From an uncultured Methanobrevibacter sp. (lineage in GTDB: Archaea > Methanobacteriota > Methanobacteria > Methanobacteriales > Methanobacteriaceae), in assembly GCA_902777885.1 (NCBI GenBank), contig CACYVR010000001.1:71880-135879 (forward strand): 64,000 nt of DNA. Direction: 5' to 3'. Below the pieces are notes generated by a model, which did no database searches, was not told where the DNA came from, and was given only the letters and a program-made list of their open reading frames with translations. Both the position numbers and the translations under genes were made by a program. Below are positions 30,723-40,582 of the stretch, in pieces; position 1 is the stretch's first letter; each line of letters starts with the position of its first letter.

Positions 30723-30751
30723 ATTATATCAAAATTTTTTAATTTTGTCAA
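30723..30751 (-). promoter_or_regulatory. Consensus sigma-A promoter for the tail tip gene
   Basis: TTGACA-17-TATAAT with extended TG. Confidence 0.75.
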
Positions 30752-30760
30752 GTTTTTATA

Positions 30761-30797
30761 TCAAGGAAAGAAAACGTTTTATGCTTTCTTTCCTTGA
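30761..30797 (-). terminator. Hairpin terminator after the tape measure gene
   Basis: TCAAGGAAAGAAA...TTTCTTTCCTTGA inverted repeat. Confidence 0.55.
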
Positions 30798-30808
30798 CTT
30801 TTCTATAA

Positions 30809-33800
30809 TTAATTGTAAATTTTAAAAGCATTCTGTGTGGCAAGATTTTCTAAATCCATAAAAGCTTTTTCTATCTCAGAAGCAACAGATACATTCGGAA
30901 AATTGGCTTCAATATTATTAACGTTAGTAATTTGTGGGGATTCAGTTACTAAATGTCTGCTACCAATATTAGGGGTTACTATTCCCCTTAAAGCATTGGC
31001 GCTTAACTCATGTATCTTACTGTTTAAGAAAGATACCAATCCTTTTGTTTGTGAAGCATTTAAAACTAATTCCTGAGGATGAAGAACTGCTAATTTACCT
31101 TTAGTGGTTTCCCAATTTCCTGTGTAACCACCATTATCAAACTTTGCAATTTGATCTTTCTTTAACCATCCATACGCAGAATTGTTACTTATAACAGAAA
31201 TAGGATAGGGAGCGTCTTTCTGAATATTATATACTTCGACAAAATTTCCCAATCCTCTGTCTCCTGCTTGCCCATTCCCTTGAGAATCTTCGTAATACTG
31301 GCCGCCTAAATATCTTACTTTATCTCCTATCTGCGGCCATTCCTCTGATGAAAAAACTTTTTTGTTTTGAATATTTTGATTAGAATTAAATTGAGATGTC
31401 TGATTGTTATTAGTGCCATTAGAAACAGAATTCATTTCATCAGTATTTCTAACATCTTTTATAACCTTTTTTGCATCTTCAAGTATCTGCATCAGAGAAT
31501 CTGTAAAACCAACACCACCATTAAACAAATCTAAAACATCTGCGACCGCATCCCCTAATAATTCCCACGTATTTGCTAGGTTAAGAGAATGATTAGATAA
31601 CTGATCGACACATTCGACAAGTTTTTCTGTATCGGTAGTGATTTGTTGGATTAGCTCTTCTGTAGAGGTAGTAAGAGTGGTAATTCCATCTACCATTGGG
31701 TCAGAACCTTTAACAAGATCTTCCCAATTCTTTTCAACCCTATCCATTACATCATCAAACTCATTCATGTAATTTAATGTCAATTCTTTAGTTTCTTCAA
31801 CTGTTGTATTTAACGTGCTTAAAAATCTTTCTGGCGTCTCTAAAGCCTTTGCTAATCCTGCGCCAAATAGGGGGTCCTGCGCTATCATTAAAGCTTCTCG
31901 TTCAGACTGCCCAAGTTTATAAAAGTCTTCTATTCCTTGTTCAGTCAATTTTGATAATTGATCAAAGGTTGTGGCCTGATAATTCTGTCGAATTTCTTCA
32001 TTATCTTTAACTAAATTAGTAATTAAACCTATATAATATTGCTGAATTTCGTTCTGACGTCGACCGCCATTCTGAGCATCTTCTAGCAATTTTTGTTGCA
32101 TATCAGATAATATTTTCTGAACATCTTCAACATTATCCTTAAAAGCATCCTTATCTATATTATAAAGTTTATTTTGGGCCTCTGCCAAAGCTGTAATAGC
32201 ATCTTGAACATTGTTCTCATCTGAAACAAATTGGTATGAATAATTACCTGAAGAATCTCTACGTAAACGCATTTTCGTCTTATTATTCTGCGCCTCTTGA
32301 AAAGCAGCACGTTTAATTTCTATATCAAATAAAGCATTAGCTCTTTCTACGTCATATTTAGAGAGCTTATCTTTACTTCTCAATAGCTGAACTTGATCCC
32401 GCATAAAAGTGGTTAGACGTTTTTGATAAGCTGGATCATTTGAATTATTAATTTCTTTTTGAATTTGTAATTGGAGTTTCTCAATTTCATAAGCCCCATT
32501 AATCGTGTCATAATATTTCTCTGCGCTTTCTTTTGCCCTATCCCATTCACTAGTCAAAACAGCTAAGTTTGATTCGCCTGTAATCTTTTCCATAGCATTT
32601 GCAAATATTTCATTAAAGGTATTCTCAAATCCAGATTTTATTTTTTCAACAAGTTCGATGGTTAAAGAACTAGCTGTATTAACTGCTTCTCTAAAATGTG
32701 TAGCTAATTCTTGTGTAACTTTCTCTTTCATATTAGGGTCTTTATCCAATGCTTTTTGTAGCTGCTCTCCATAGTAATCTCTTTCTGCTAATGCTGAGTT
32801 TAATTGTTTATATGCTAATTGTTTCTGTTGTTCTAAAAGATTGGATAATTTTCCAAAAGAAGCGTCTCCAAAACGAAGCTTAATAAGATTCATATCATGG
32901 TCTAAGATATCTGAAATTTCTTTATAAAGATTTCTTTGCTCTTTTAGCTTTTCTGCCGCCTGATCATACAATTTAAGAAGATTATCTTTAATAGTCTTTT
33001 GTAATTCCTTTGCAGCTTTTTCGCTCTCCATCCAAGATTGCTCAGCAGAGTCAAGATCTTCTTGTAGTTTCGCCATATTGTCCCCGTAAATAGTAGAAGT
33101 GTCTCCACCTTCTAATCTTTTTTTCATTTCAAGCAATTCTTCATACTGCTGACGAGTAACTTGGATATCTCCATTCTTACCAAGATATGTTGCAAGAGTA
33201 TTCATAGTATAAGCAGTATTCCCAAGTATATCTTCTTCTGCGATATCTGCCATAAATTGCTGAAATTCTAAACGAGTACGTTTCTTGGATGCTTCATTAA
33301 GCTTTAAATCAATATCAATCTTCCAAATGGAAATCTGCGCCTCAATTTTTTCATCGAATTTATCACTAATATCATTAACCATATTAGGAATCTGTTCTAA
33401 TAAAATATCTTCATATTCTGTAATTAAATCCTTTAATTGCTCATAGGATTTTTCTTGCGCCTCTAATTGTTCTTTTGCCCATTCCTGTTCCTCTTTACTT
33501 AAAGAATTGTACCATTCTTGTTTTGCTCTTAATTCATCTTGAGCCTTTAGCAATGTATCACTATAATTAGAATTAGCAATAGCACCATCTTCATTAAAGG
33601 TCACACCATATTCTTCTAGCTGAATTCTTTTCAATGCGGCGTCAGTATTTAACTTATCTAAATATCTTTGATCAGTTTCCATGTACTGATTTAATATGTC
33701 AATCTGTTTACTTAAATTATTTTTTAAATCTTGATCAACTAATTTAGATTGCTGTTTTTTGACTTTATCTAATCTTATTCCAAGTATTTTTAATTCATTG

Positions 33801-36800
33801 TTTAGGTCATGATAAGCGTCAATTTCTTCATTTAATAAATCAACCAATTCTTGCTGAGCTTCCGCGTTATCTTTTGTGGCATCGGTATTATCTTTTGTTG
33901 CATCCGTAGTCTTTTGAAAAGATTTTAATAATCCATCCCAACTTTTCGTAGCAGATTCTCTTTTTACTTTTAAAAAGTTCCTCTGCACTTTTATGGCCTC
34001 TATATCTTCTTGATTAGCAGCTTGATTTGAATCAACATCGTCCCATAATTTTTGTAAATATGCATCTACTTTATCTTTTGACATTGTATCATCTTGTACC
34101 ATTTCAAAGGTAACATATCCGTCAGCTTCATTATGCTTTGTATATTCTGGATGCTTATCATATAAATCAAAATTTTGATAGTCTTTTGTAAAATCTTTTC
34201 CTGCTATATCTGCTCCGCCTAAACGTTTAGTTCTATTATCATTCCATTCTGCATCCATTGCATCGACTTCACTATAAAAAGAAGCGTAAGCAGCTAAATC
34301 TTTTTTCTTAATGTCATCAGAAGCTATTTGTGCCTGATCTTCGTTCATTAATTTTAATCGTTCTGAATCAGCAGATAATTGATTCATTAATTCATTTAAA
34401 TCTTCTTCTAATAATACCTTTCCTGCATTCTGTTCCTTTTTTGCTTTAATTTCATCTTTCATTTGCTGATATACAGCATCTTTTGCTTCAAGAATTTGTT
34501 GTTGTACTGCTAATTTTTGATCTTGTAACTCATATTCAGTATCAATTTGTTTTTTTGCAGCTTCAATTGCTGAATTAACAACGTTTTCATTTAATTGAAT
34601 TTGACCATCTGCAGCAACAGTTGCACTATCTAATAATTTTTGAAAATCTGTAGCATCCATTACTGCTTGTAATGCATTTAAATCATCTGCGGCAATGGTA
34701 AAACCTTCTCCAATTTTTCCAAAAGCAGAAGATGCATTATCAAATTTAGTCTTTATTTCTTCAATATTAGAATCAATTTTCGCTTTTACTTCAATATTAA
34801 TCTGTCTATCTGCATCTAATATTTTTTCTAAATCATTTTCAAATTCATTAGCATCTAAATTTAATTTTCCTGTTAATTCATAATTTTTAGAATATGCTTG
34901 CCATTTTTCTACAACATTATCAATTTTTTTATTTAATGCATCGACAGGAGAATCATTTATATAATTTTGAAGCCACTTCAAATTATCAGCATATTCTTTT
35001 GTCCCCATTTTTGTGGTATCGTTAAAAATTTTAATGCGTTCTGCTAATTCTTCATTCTCTGGAAAAATTGCTAATAATTCCTGAAGTTGCCCTTGCATTT
35101 CTCCAAAAGCTTTATTTTCTCCAGCATTATTACCATTTAAATCTCCTTCATTAATTTTCTTACTAATCTCTTCAAAATCATTCCCAAGCCCTTTTAAATC
35201 TAATGAAAAATCTGTAATAGATTGAGGAGGCATAAAAGCTTGATCAATAGCCTGTTTAAATTCTTCAGGAGTTGCTTCTCCAGTAAAAAGTTTTAATAAA
35301 AGATTGCCGTCTACATCTGAAAAATCATAACTTTTTTCTAATTCTTCTCTCGATATATTCATTCTTTTTGCTATTTTTTGTTTAAAAATATCTAAACCTT
35401 TTTCAGTAAAAGTTACATCTTCAGACTCTTCGCCTATTGCAGCAGCTAATTTTTCTTTTATAGTATTTACTTGATTATCAACTGTAGTAATAGTTTGTTC
35501 ACCTTTAGCAATAATATCTGCGCTATCTGGGAACATATCTTTAAAATTAGCATTTACAGCATTTTTTAATTCTTCATCGGTAAAATCATAGCCCTCTTCA
35601 ATCCATATTTTTTTGATAAATTCTTCATATTCCTTCTTTGCGGTTCTTATTTTAGTTTCCAATGTTTTATCAGATAAACTATCGTCAAAAACATATAGAT
35701 TCTGAAAATCAGAAACAGAAATTCGTTTTACAGCATTATTTCGTCTATCTTGAAGTTGCTTATCGTAATCTGCTAATTTTTCATCAAAGGTTTTTAAACG
35801 GCCTTCTAATTCGATATACTCATCTGTTCCTTTTTCTGCATCTTTTAATTGATCTTTAATAAGCTGTCTTTCTTTAACCATTGTGTCTACAATTTTTGCA
35901 TCAGATTTTTTTTGATAGCCTATCTCATAATCAACATAAATTTCTCCATTTTCTAACCAAACGTTTGAATCTCCATACATTGCTTTATATTGTTGCAATA
36001 ATGGATCATCTTCTTTAGCTTTTAAACCCGTTGATGTAGAGGAGAAATGACCTGCTTTATCAGAGGGACTTTTTTCTGGTATTAAAGAAGAAACAACTGT
36101 ACTACCAGCGATACCAAAAACTATTCCTGCGGCGGTTGTCGCAAAAGATCTTACATAATCATGCAACGCATTTGATGCATTTTTCCATGAAAAAGTCTCC
36201 TGTAATCCACCAATAAACTGTGTTATAGGGTCTTCATCAGCTAATTTTTTTTGGCTATTTGTCATGTTACTTCTTACATTTGATCTTTCTTCATTTGCTA
36301 TTGCTGATACAGATGCCGCAGCATTACCCTCTAATGCATCTTCATATTCTATATTATTTAATTCTAAAAATTGTTTAATTTGTTCATTTAAATTTTTATA
36401 ATTGCCAGTTAAATTTGCAATATTTTCAGCGTAATGAAGCGGACCATCAACGTTATCTTCTAGCATATCAACTAATTCTGAAGTAGAAGTTTTCATATCA
36501 TCAGTAACAGTTTTTCCTTCTTTATATGAATCCCAAAGTTCTTCCCAACTTTTTTGAACTTTTTTTATTTCTTCTGCTTGTTTTATAATTTCATTGTTTT
36601 TTTCAATAATCTTTTTACTCGTTTCAGCAGCTTTTTTCATAGATTCTGTTTGTTGATTAAAATTATTAACAGCAATTAATGTTTTTACAGCCACACTAAT
36701 TATTATAGCTACCAATGCAATCGCAGCTGCTGTTAACATGGTAGTCAACCCTATATTAATTGCTTTTACCTTACTATCAGCCATAATTGCAGCTGTTTCT

Positions 36801-39800
36801 TTGTGATATTCAGCCACTACAGCTTCAATACTTGTACATTCTACTCCATTAACAATTACACTTTTTTCTTTTTTCTCTAATAATGCTTTTAATGCCACTT
36901 GTTTTTTTATTTGGGCTGCTACCAATGCTTCATCTGTTTGTGTTTTTAACTTTTCTAATGCAATATTAACAAGTAAATTTGTCGCAATTTTCCCCAACAA
37001 AGGAATGAAAGTAGATAAGCCTCCTAATAGCATACCTAACGCCGCTGTGGAAGAGGTAATGGTTTGTGTTACTTTTTCTCCAGTGCTAATATCCATATTA
37101 TTCCAAATTGATGGAAGATTATTTATCATTTGGATACCAGATGCTAATTGACCAGTTGCAGATATGGCTCTAGTAACATTTTGTACCACATTTTTAAAGT
37201 TAACTGAATTAAGAATATTTTGAAATTCATCTTTCCATAGCTCTGTTTCTCTATTAACTTCATTTAAAGAAGACCGTGCTTGTTTAGGAATGTTACCAAG
37301 AAGTAAGTCCATATCTTGAACCATTTCTCCGCCAACTTCTCCAGCTTTTTGAGCTGTTTTTTCAAATTCCTCTCTCATTTCTTGAAGTGACATATTTGGA
37401 TTTTCCTGTAAAATTTTTAAAAGATCTTGATACATCAATTTCAATTTTTGTGTTTGTTCAGACGTTAAGGCCTCTTCTTTTTCCATTTCACCAAATGTAC
37501 CAATAATATTATGAATTTGCTGTTCACCCGCTTCAGTCACATGTTGAAGATTATTGAGGTTTTGACTAAATTGTCCTAAAGCTTTTCCAGAATTCATAAT
37601 TGAATCAGCTAAATCTTTAAATTTTACCCTATCTAATTGTCCACCAGCTGAATAAAGAGCATCTCCAAGATCATTCATTTCTTGTTCTGTTATAGAAGTG
37701 CCATTCATAAGCTTTTCCATTTTTTCACTTGCACTATCTAAAACAGTTTGTACATTATTAAATTTATCAATCTCAGATTGTAAAGATTGGATAACTTCTG
37801 GGTCTGTTTCAATTTTTATTTTCTCCTGTAAGGCTTGTTTTTCTTTTTCAATTAAATTAATTTTTTGATTAATATTTTCTAAACGTTTTTCTGCGGTACC
37901 TTCAAGAGTATTATCTATTAAGGATTGGTCTAAAACTAATGATTGATTATAAGCTTGTCCTTGTTGTAATACTTCTCCTGTTTCTTTTCTATTATTAATT
38001 TGCTCTAAATCAACTTTATCTATTTCTTTATTATTTTTATTATAAAGGTCATTTAATGTTTTATATTTAGAAACTACTTTCTCTTCTTTTTCTAAAATTT
38101 CGCTTAATTTTTTTGAACGATGATTTAATGCTTCTCTTTCTTCTGCATATGCTTTAAAACGTTTAATATCTGCTTCAGATAAACTTTTTTTCATTTGTAA
38201 CAATTTATTATATTGAGGAACTAATTCATCCAATAACGCGTTATCTTTTATATGAAATTGTGTAGTTAATTCTTGGCTGGCTCTCATTTCTGCTGCATTA
38301 TATTTCATAGCCTTAAAATTATCAACAGCATTTAACATTCCTTGAGCTATATTTCCAGAAAAAGATTTTACCATTAAAGAACTAACAGCTAATAAAATTG
38401 GCTGAATGCCACCAACACCTTTTATAAAGTTTTCTACTGTATTTAATACTTTAGTAAAAGCATCTACAACGGTATTTATATTATCAGCTGTCATCATTTC
38501 TCCATAAACGCCCTCCCAAGCTGTTTTAACAGCTTGTAGGTGTGCTTTGGTCGACTCCATATAAATATCTTGTTGCTCTTGTAATGCGCCAGTTGAATCT
38601 TTTGCAACATCTAATGCATCTTTATATTTATCCCAGTTATCGAATAATGCAATAACTTGGTTCCATTGACGCTTACCACCCATTTGCTCAGCAATAGCAA
38701 CTTGTTGTTCTCTACTATAAGATTTCCATTTTTCTCCAGTTTCCGTTAATGTATTTCCTAAATCTCGCAATGAACCATCTTCGTTAAGAATTTCAATACC
38801 CATTGCTTTTAAATGAGAGGATACTCTACCAAGAGAAACACCAAACTCATCTGTACCATCTTCAACTAAGTCATCCATTCGCGCGAATATTGTTTTAAAT
38901 GCAGTACCAACTGTTTCTGGACTATCTCTTGTAACAGAAATAACTGTTGAAATCATTGCGGAAAGTTGCTCCATGTCTACGCCAGTTGTATGCGCTACTG
39001 ATGATACTTTAGATATAGCACCTGCTAATTCTGATGAACTTGATGCTGTATTTGCGGCAATTGCCGTCATTACATCAGCATAGTGTTCCAGCTCATCTGT
39101 TCCCGCCTGGAAACCGTTCCAAACTGCAGTTAATTGGTCAGCGGTTGTTTCTGCTGATTGTTGTGAAACATTTGCTAATTTTGTTGCAACCTCTGTACGC
39201 TCATCAACTTCTGCTTTATCAAGACCTTGTTGATAGAAAATCAAAGAAGCGTTAGTGATATCTGTTGTGCCCTTACCTAGCTTTGCGGCAGTTTCTTGCG
39301 CCTCTTTTCCAAAACGCTCCATTTCATCTGCGCCTTTTCCAGTAACAATACGAATATTATTTAATGATTCATCTAAGTTTTTAGTATATCCATATGCTTT
39401 GGTAAAAACACCTGTAACAGTATGTATTAAGTTACCAGAAATTAACCATTCAAAGTTACGCCATAATGTTTTTCCAAATTTATCAAGTAAAGTATTGCTC
39501 TTTTTTATTTGTAAATTTGTTTGCATAGCTTGTAAAGCTATTTTATTAAAAGCTGATTCACCCTCCGGCCCGATCGCTTTCATTTTTGTGTAAATATCAT
39601 TTAAATTTAATTTTTTTAATTCTTGATTCAATGCTTGTACACTTGTAGAACCCATTTTTATATTAAAAGCATTAGTAAGTGCTGCTTCTAATTTACTAGC
39701 AGATTCCTTTGCGTCAAGAATTTTACTATTATATTCAGTAATTTCTTTACTACCAGTTTCTGGTTTTAAAGATAAATTTTGAATTTCTTGCAAAGCTTTT

Positions 39801-39871
39801 CTTGCTTGTTTTAATCCACTATCATCAGTCTTAAAGCCAATGGTATATTCAAAACGACCACTATTCGCCAT
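30809..39871 (-). CDS. Tail tape measure protein (TP901-type core)
   Basis: 3020-aa helical protein with TP901-like repeats (ETVGTAFKTIFAR, GGKRQWNQ) and C-terminal FDNGGYTG..LHPQELVLN. Confidence 0.93.
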   Translation of the reverse strand: MANSGRFEYTIGFKTDDSGLKQARKALQEIQNLSLKPETGSKEITEYNSKILDAKESASKLEAALTNAFNIKMGSTSVQALNQELKKLNLNDIYTKMKAIGPEGESAFNKIALQAMQTNLQIKKSNTLLDKFGKTLWRNFEWLISGNLIHTVTGVFTKAYGYTKNLDESLNNIRIVTGKGADEMERFGKEAQETAAKLGKGTTDITNASLIFYQQGLDKAEVDERTEVATKLANVSQQSAETTADQLTAVWNGFQAGTDELEHYADVMTAIAANTASSSSELAGAISKVSSVAHTTGVDMEQLSAMISTVISVTRDSPETVGTAFKTIFARMDDLVEDGTDEFGVSLGRVSSHLKAMGIEILNEDGSLRDLGNTLTETGEKWKSYSREQQVAIAEQMGGKRQWNQVIALFDNWDKYKDALDVAKDSTGALQEQQDIYMESTKAHLQAVKTAWEGVYGEMMTADNINTVVDAFTKVLNTVENFIKGVGGIQPILLAVSSLMVKSFSGNIAQGMLNAVDNFKAMKYNAAEMRASQELTTQFHIKDNALLDELVPQYNKLLQMKKSLSEADIKRFKAYAEEREALNHRSKKLSEILEKEEKVVSKYKTLNDLYNKNNKEIDKVDLEQINNRKETGEVLQQGQAYNQSLVLDQSLIDNTLEGTAEKRLENINQKINLIEKEKQALQEKIKIETDPEVIQSLQSEIDKFNNVQTVLDSASEKMEKLMNGTSITEQEMNDLGDALYSAGGQLDRVKFKDLADSIMNSGKALGQFSQNLNNLQHVTEAGEQQIHNIIGTFGEMEKEEALTSEQTQKLKLMYQDLLKILQENPNMSLQEMREEFEKTAQKAGEVGGEMVQDMDLLLGNIPKQARSSLNEVNRETELWKDEFQNILNSVNFKNVVQNVTRAISATGQLASGIQMINNLPSIWNNMDISTGEKVTQTITSSTAALGMLLGGLSTFIPLLGKIATNLLVNIALEKLKTQTDEALVAAQIKKQVALKALLEKKEKSVIVNGVECTSIEAVVAEYHKETAAIMADSKVKAINIGLTTMLTAAAIALVAIIISVAVKTLIAVNNFNQQTESMKKAAETSKKIIEKNNEIIKQAEEIKKVQKSWEELWDSYKEGKTVTDDMKTSTSELVDMLEDNVDGPLHYAENIANLTGNYKNLNEQIKQFLELNNIEYEDALEGNAAASVSAIANEERSNVRSNMTNSQKKLADEDPITQFIGGLQETFSWKNASNALHDYVRSFATTAAGIVFGIAGSTVVSSLIPEKSPSDKAGHFSSTSTGLKAKEDDPLLQQYKAMYGDSNVWLENGEIYVDYEIGYQKKSDAKIVDTMVKERQLIKDQLKDAEKGTDEYIELEGRLKTFDEKLADYDKQLQDRRNNAVKRISVSDFQNLYVFDDSLSDKTLETKIRTAKKEYEEFIKKIWIEEGYDFTDEELKNAVNANFKDMFPDSADIIAKGEQTITTVDNQVNTIKEKLAAAIGEESEDVTFTEKGLDIFKQKIAKRMNISREELEKSYDFSDVDGNLLLKLFTGEATPEEFKQAIDQAFMPPQSITDFSLDLKGLGNDFEEISKKINEGDLNGNNAGENKAFGEMQGQLQELLAIFPENEELAERIKIFNDTTKMGTKEYADNLKWLQNYINDSPVDALNKKIDNVVEKWQAYSKNYELTGKLNLDANEFENDLEKILDADRQINIEVKAKIDSNIEEIKTKFDNASSAFGKIGEGFTIAADDLNALQAVMDATDFQKLLDSATVAADGQIQLNENVVNSAIEAAKKQIDTEYELQDQKLAVQQQILEAKDAVYQQMKDEIKAKKEQNAGKVLLEEDLNELMNQLSADSERLKLMNEDQAQIASDDIKKKDLAAYASFYSEVDAMDAEWNDNRTKRLGGADIAGKDFTKDYQNFDLYDKHPEYTKHNEADGYVTFEMVQDDTMSKDKVDAYLQKLWDDVDSNQAANQEDIEAIKVQRNFLKVKRESATKSWDGLLKSFQKTTDATKDNTDATKDNAEAQQELVDLLNEEIDAYHDLNNELKILGIRLDKVKKQQSKLVDQDLKNNLSKQIDILNQYMETDQRYLDKLNTDAALKRIQLEEYGVTFNEDGAIANSNYSDTLLKAQDELRAKQEWYNSLSKEEQEWAKEQLEAQEKSYEQLKDLITEYEDILLEQIPNMVNDISDKFDEKIEAQISIWKIDIDLKLNEASKKRTRLEFQQFMADIAEEDILGNTAYTMNTLATYLGKNGDIQVTRQQYEELLEMKKRLEGGDTSTIYGDNMAKLQEDLDSAEQSWMESEKAAKELQKTIKDNLLKLYDQAAEKLKEQRNLYKEISDILDHDMNLIKLRFGDASFGKLSNLLEQQKQLAYKQLNSALAERDYYGEQLQKALDKDPNMKEKVTQELATHFREAVNTASSLTIELVEKIKSGFENTFNEIFANAMEKITGESNLAVLTSEWDRAKESAEKYYDTINGAYEIEKLQLQIQKEINNSNDPAYQKRLTTFMRDQVQLLRSKDKLSKYDVERANALFDIEIKRAAFQEAQNNKTKMRLRRDSSGNYSYQFVSDENNVQDAITALAEAQNKLYNIDKDAFKDNVEDVQKILSDMQQKLLEDAQNGGRRQNEIQQYYIGLITNLVKDNEEIRQNYQATTFDQLSKLTEQGIEDFYKLGQSEREALMIAQDPLFGAGLAKALETPERFLSTLNTTVEETKELTLNYMNEFDDVMDRVEKNWEDLVKGSDPMVDGITTLTTSTEELIQQITTDTEKLVECVDQLSNHSLNLANTWELLGDAVADVLDLFNGGVGFTDSLMQILEDAKKVIKDVRNTDEMNSVSNGTNNNQTSQFNSNQNIQNKKVFSSEEWPQIGDKVRYLGGQYYEDSQGNGQAGDRGLGNFVEVYNIQKDAPYPISVISNNSAYGWLKKDQIAKFDNGGYTGNWETTKGKLAVLHPQELVLNASQTKGLVSFLNSKIHELSANALRGIVTPNIGSRHLVTESPQITNVNNIEANFPNVSVASEIEKAFMDLENLATQNAFKIYN

Positions 39872-39904
39872 ATCCTTTTCCTCCTTGTGTTTTTACAGTA
39901 AAAT

Positions 39905-39942
39905 AAAAAAGTCTATTATCATTATACAATGATAATAGACTT
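39905..39942 (-). terminator. Intrinsic terminator between the chaperone-position gene and the tape measure
   Basis: AAGTCTATTATCATT-GTAT-AATGATAATAGACTT followed by TTTT on the minus strand. Confidence 0.75.
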
Positions 39943-39954
39943 AAACGGATTAAT

Positions 39955-40506
39955 TTATTCTGTTTGATTTGGTACTTGTTGTGCAATCATTTCCAATAGC
40001 TTAGCAGCTTTTTCTGGAGATAGCTGATTAATCTGATCCATAATATTTGGAATTTCTTCCGTAAGTGTTTGAATAAGTGTTTCAATTATTCCAACTGCAC
40101 TAACCTTATGCTTTTCAATAGCAACCTTAGTTTCTTTAAGCATTTCCGCAAGAATCTGTATTTCTTTTGCGGGAATATTTTTTATAATCTCATTAAGCAA
40201 ACCGCTCGCATAAAGTTCATCATAGATTTTTGCTTCATCAGTTCTATCTTCTTCTGAAAAAGTGATATCAGAATACATATAAACTAAACCAAGCTCATAA
40301 TACTTTTTAAGTTGGAGCGGATGAACCATTCCATTGTACATTGACTTTTGAAGAGCTATATCAATTAACGCAATCTTTTCATCAATAGGAAGATAATCTG
40401 ATATTTTTATTTCATCCGCGCGCCAAGTGATAGTTTTAAAAGTCTTTTTATATTTTGTATCTACATCTTTATACTGCGTATAAAGAGATGTAATCTCATT
40501 TTCCAT
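39955..40506 (-). CDS. Putative tail assembly chaperone
   Basis: Acidic helical protein directly upstream of the tape measure. Confidence 0.55.
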   Translation of the reverse strand: MENEITSLYTQYKDVDTKYKKTFKTITWRADEIKISDYLPIDEKIALIDIALQKSMYNGMVHPLQLKKYYELGLVYMYSDITFSEEDRTDEAKIYDELYASGLLNEIIKNIPAKEIQILAEMLKETKVAIEKHKVSAVGIIETLIQTLTEEIPNIMDQINQLSPEKAAKLLEMIAQQVPNQTE

Positions 40507-40550
40507 ATTTATCTAACTCCTTTTTCACTTTTTATTTAACCCTTTATCTA

Positions 40551-40579
40551 ATTATATCAAAAAATTTTTAAGATGTCAA
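40551..40579 (-). promoter_or_regulatory. Consensus sigma-A promoter
   Basis: TTGACA-17-TATAAT with extended TG. Confidence 0.8.
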
Positions 40580-40582
40580 ATC

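Noticed and set aside
33868-33910. Short TDATKDN tandem repeat in the tape measure gene
   Set aside because: An ordinary two-copy linker duplication.
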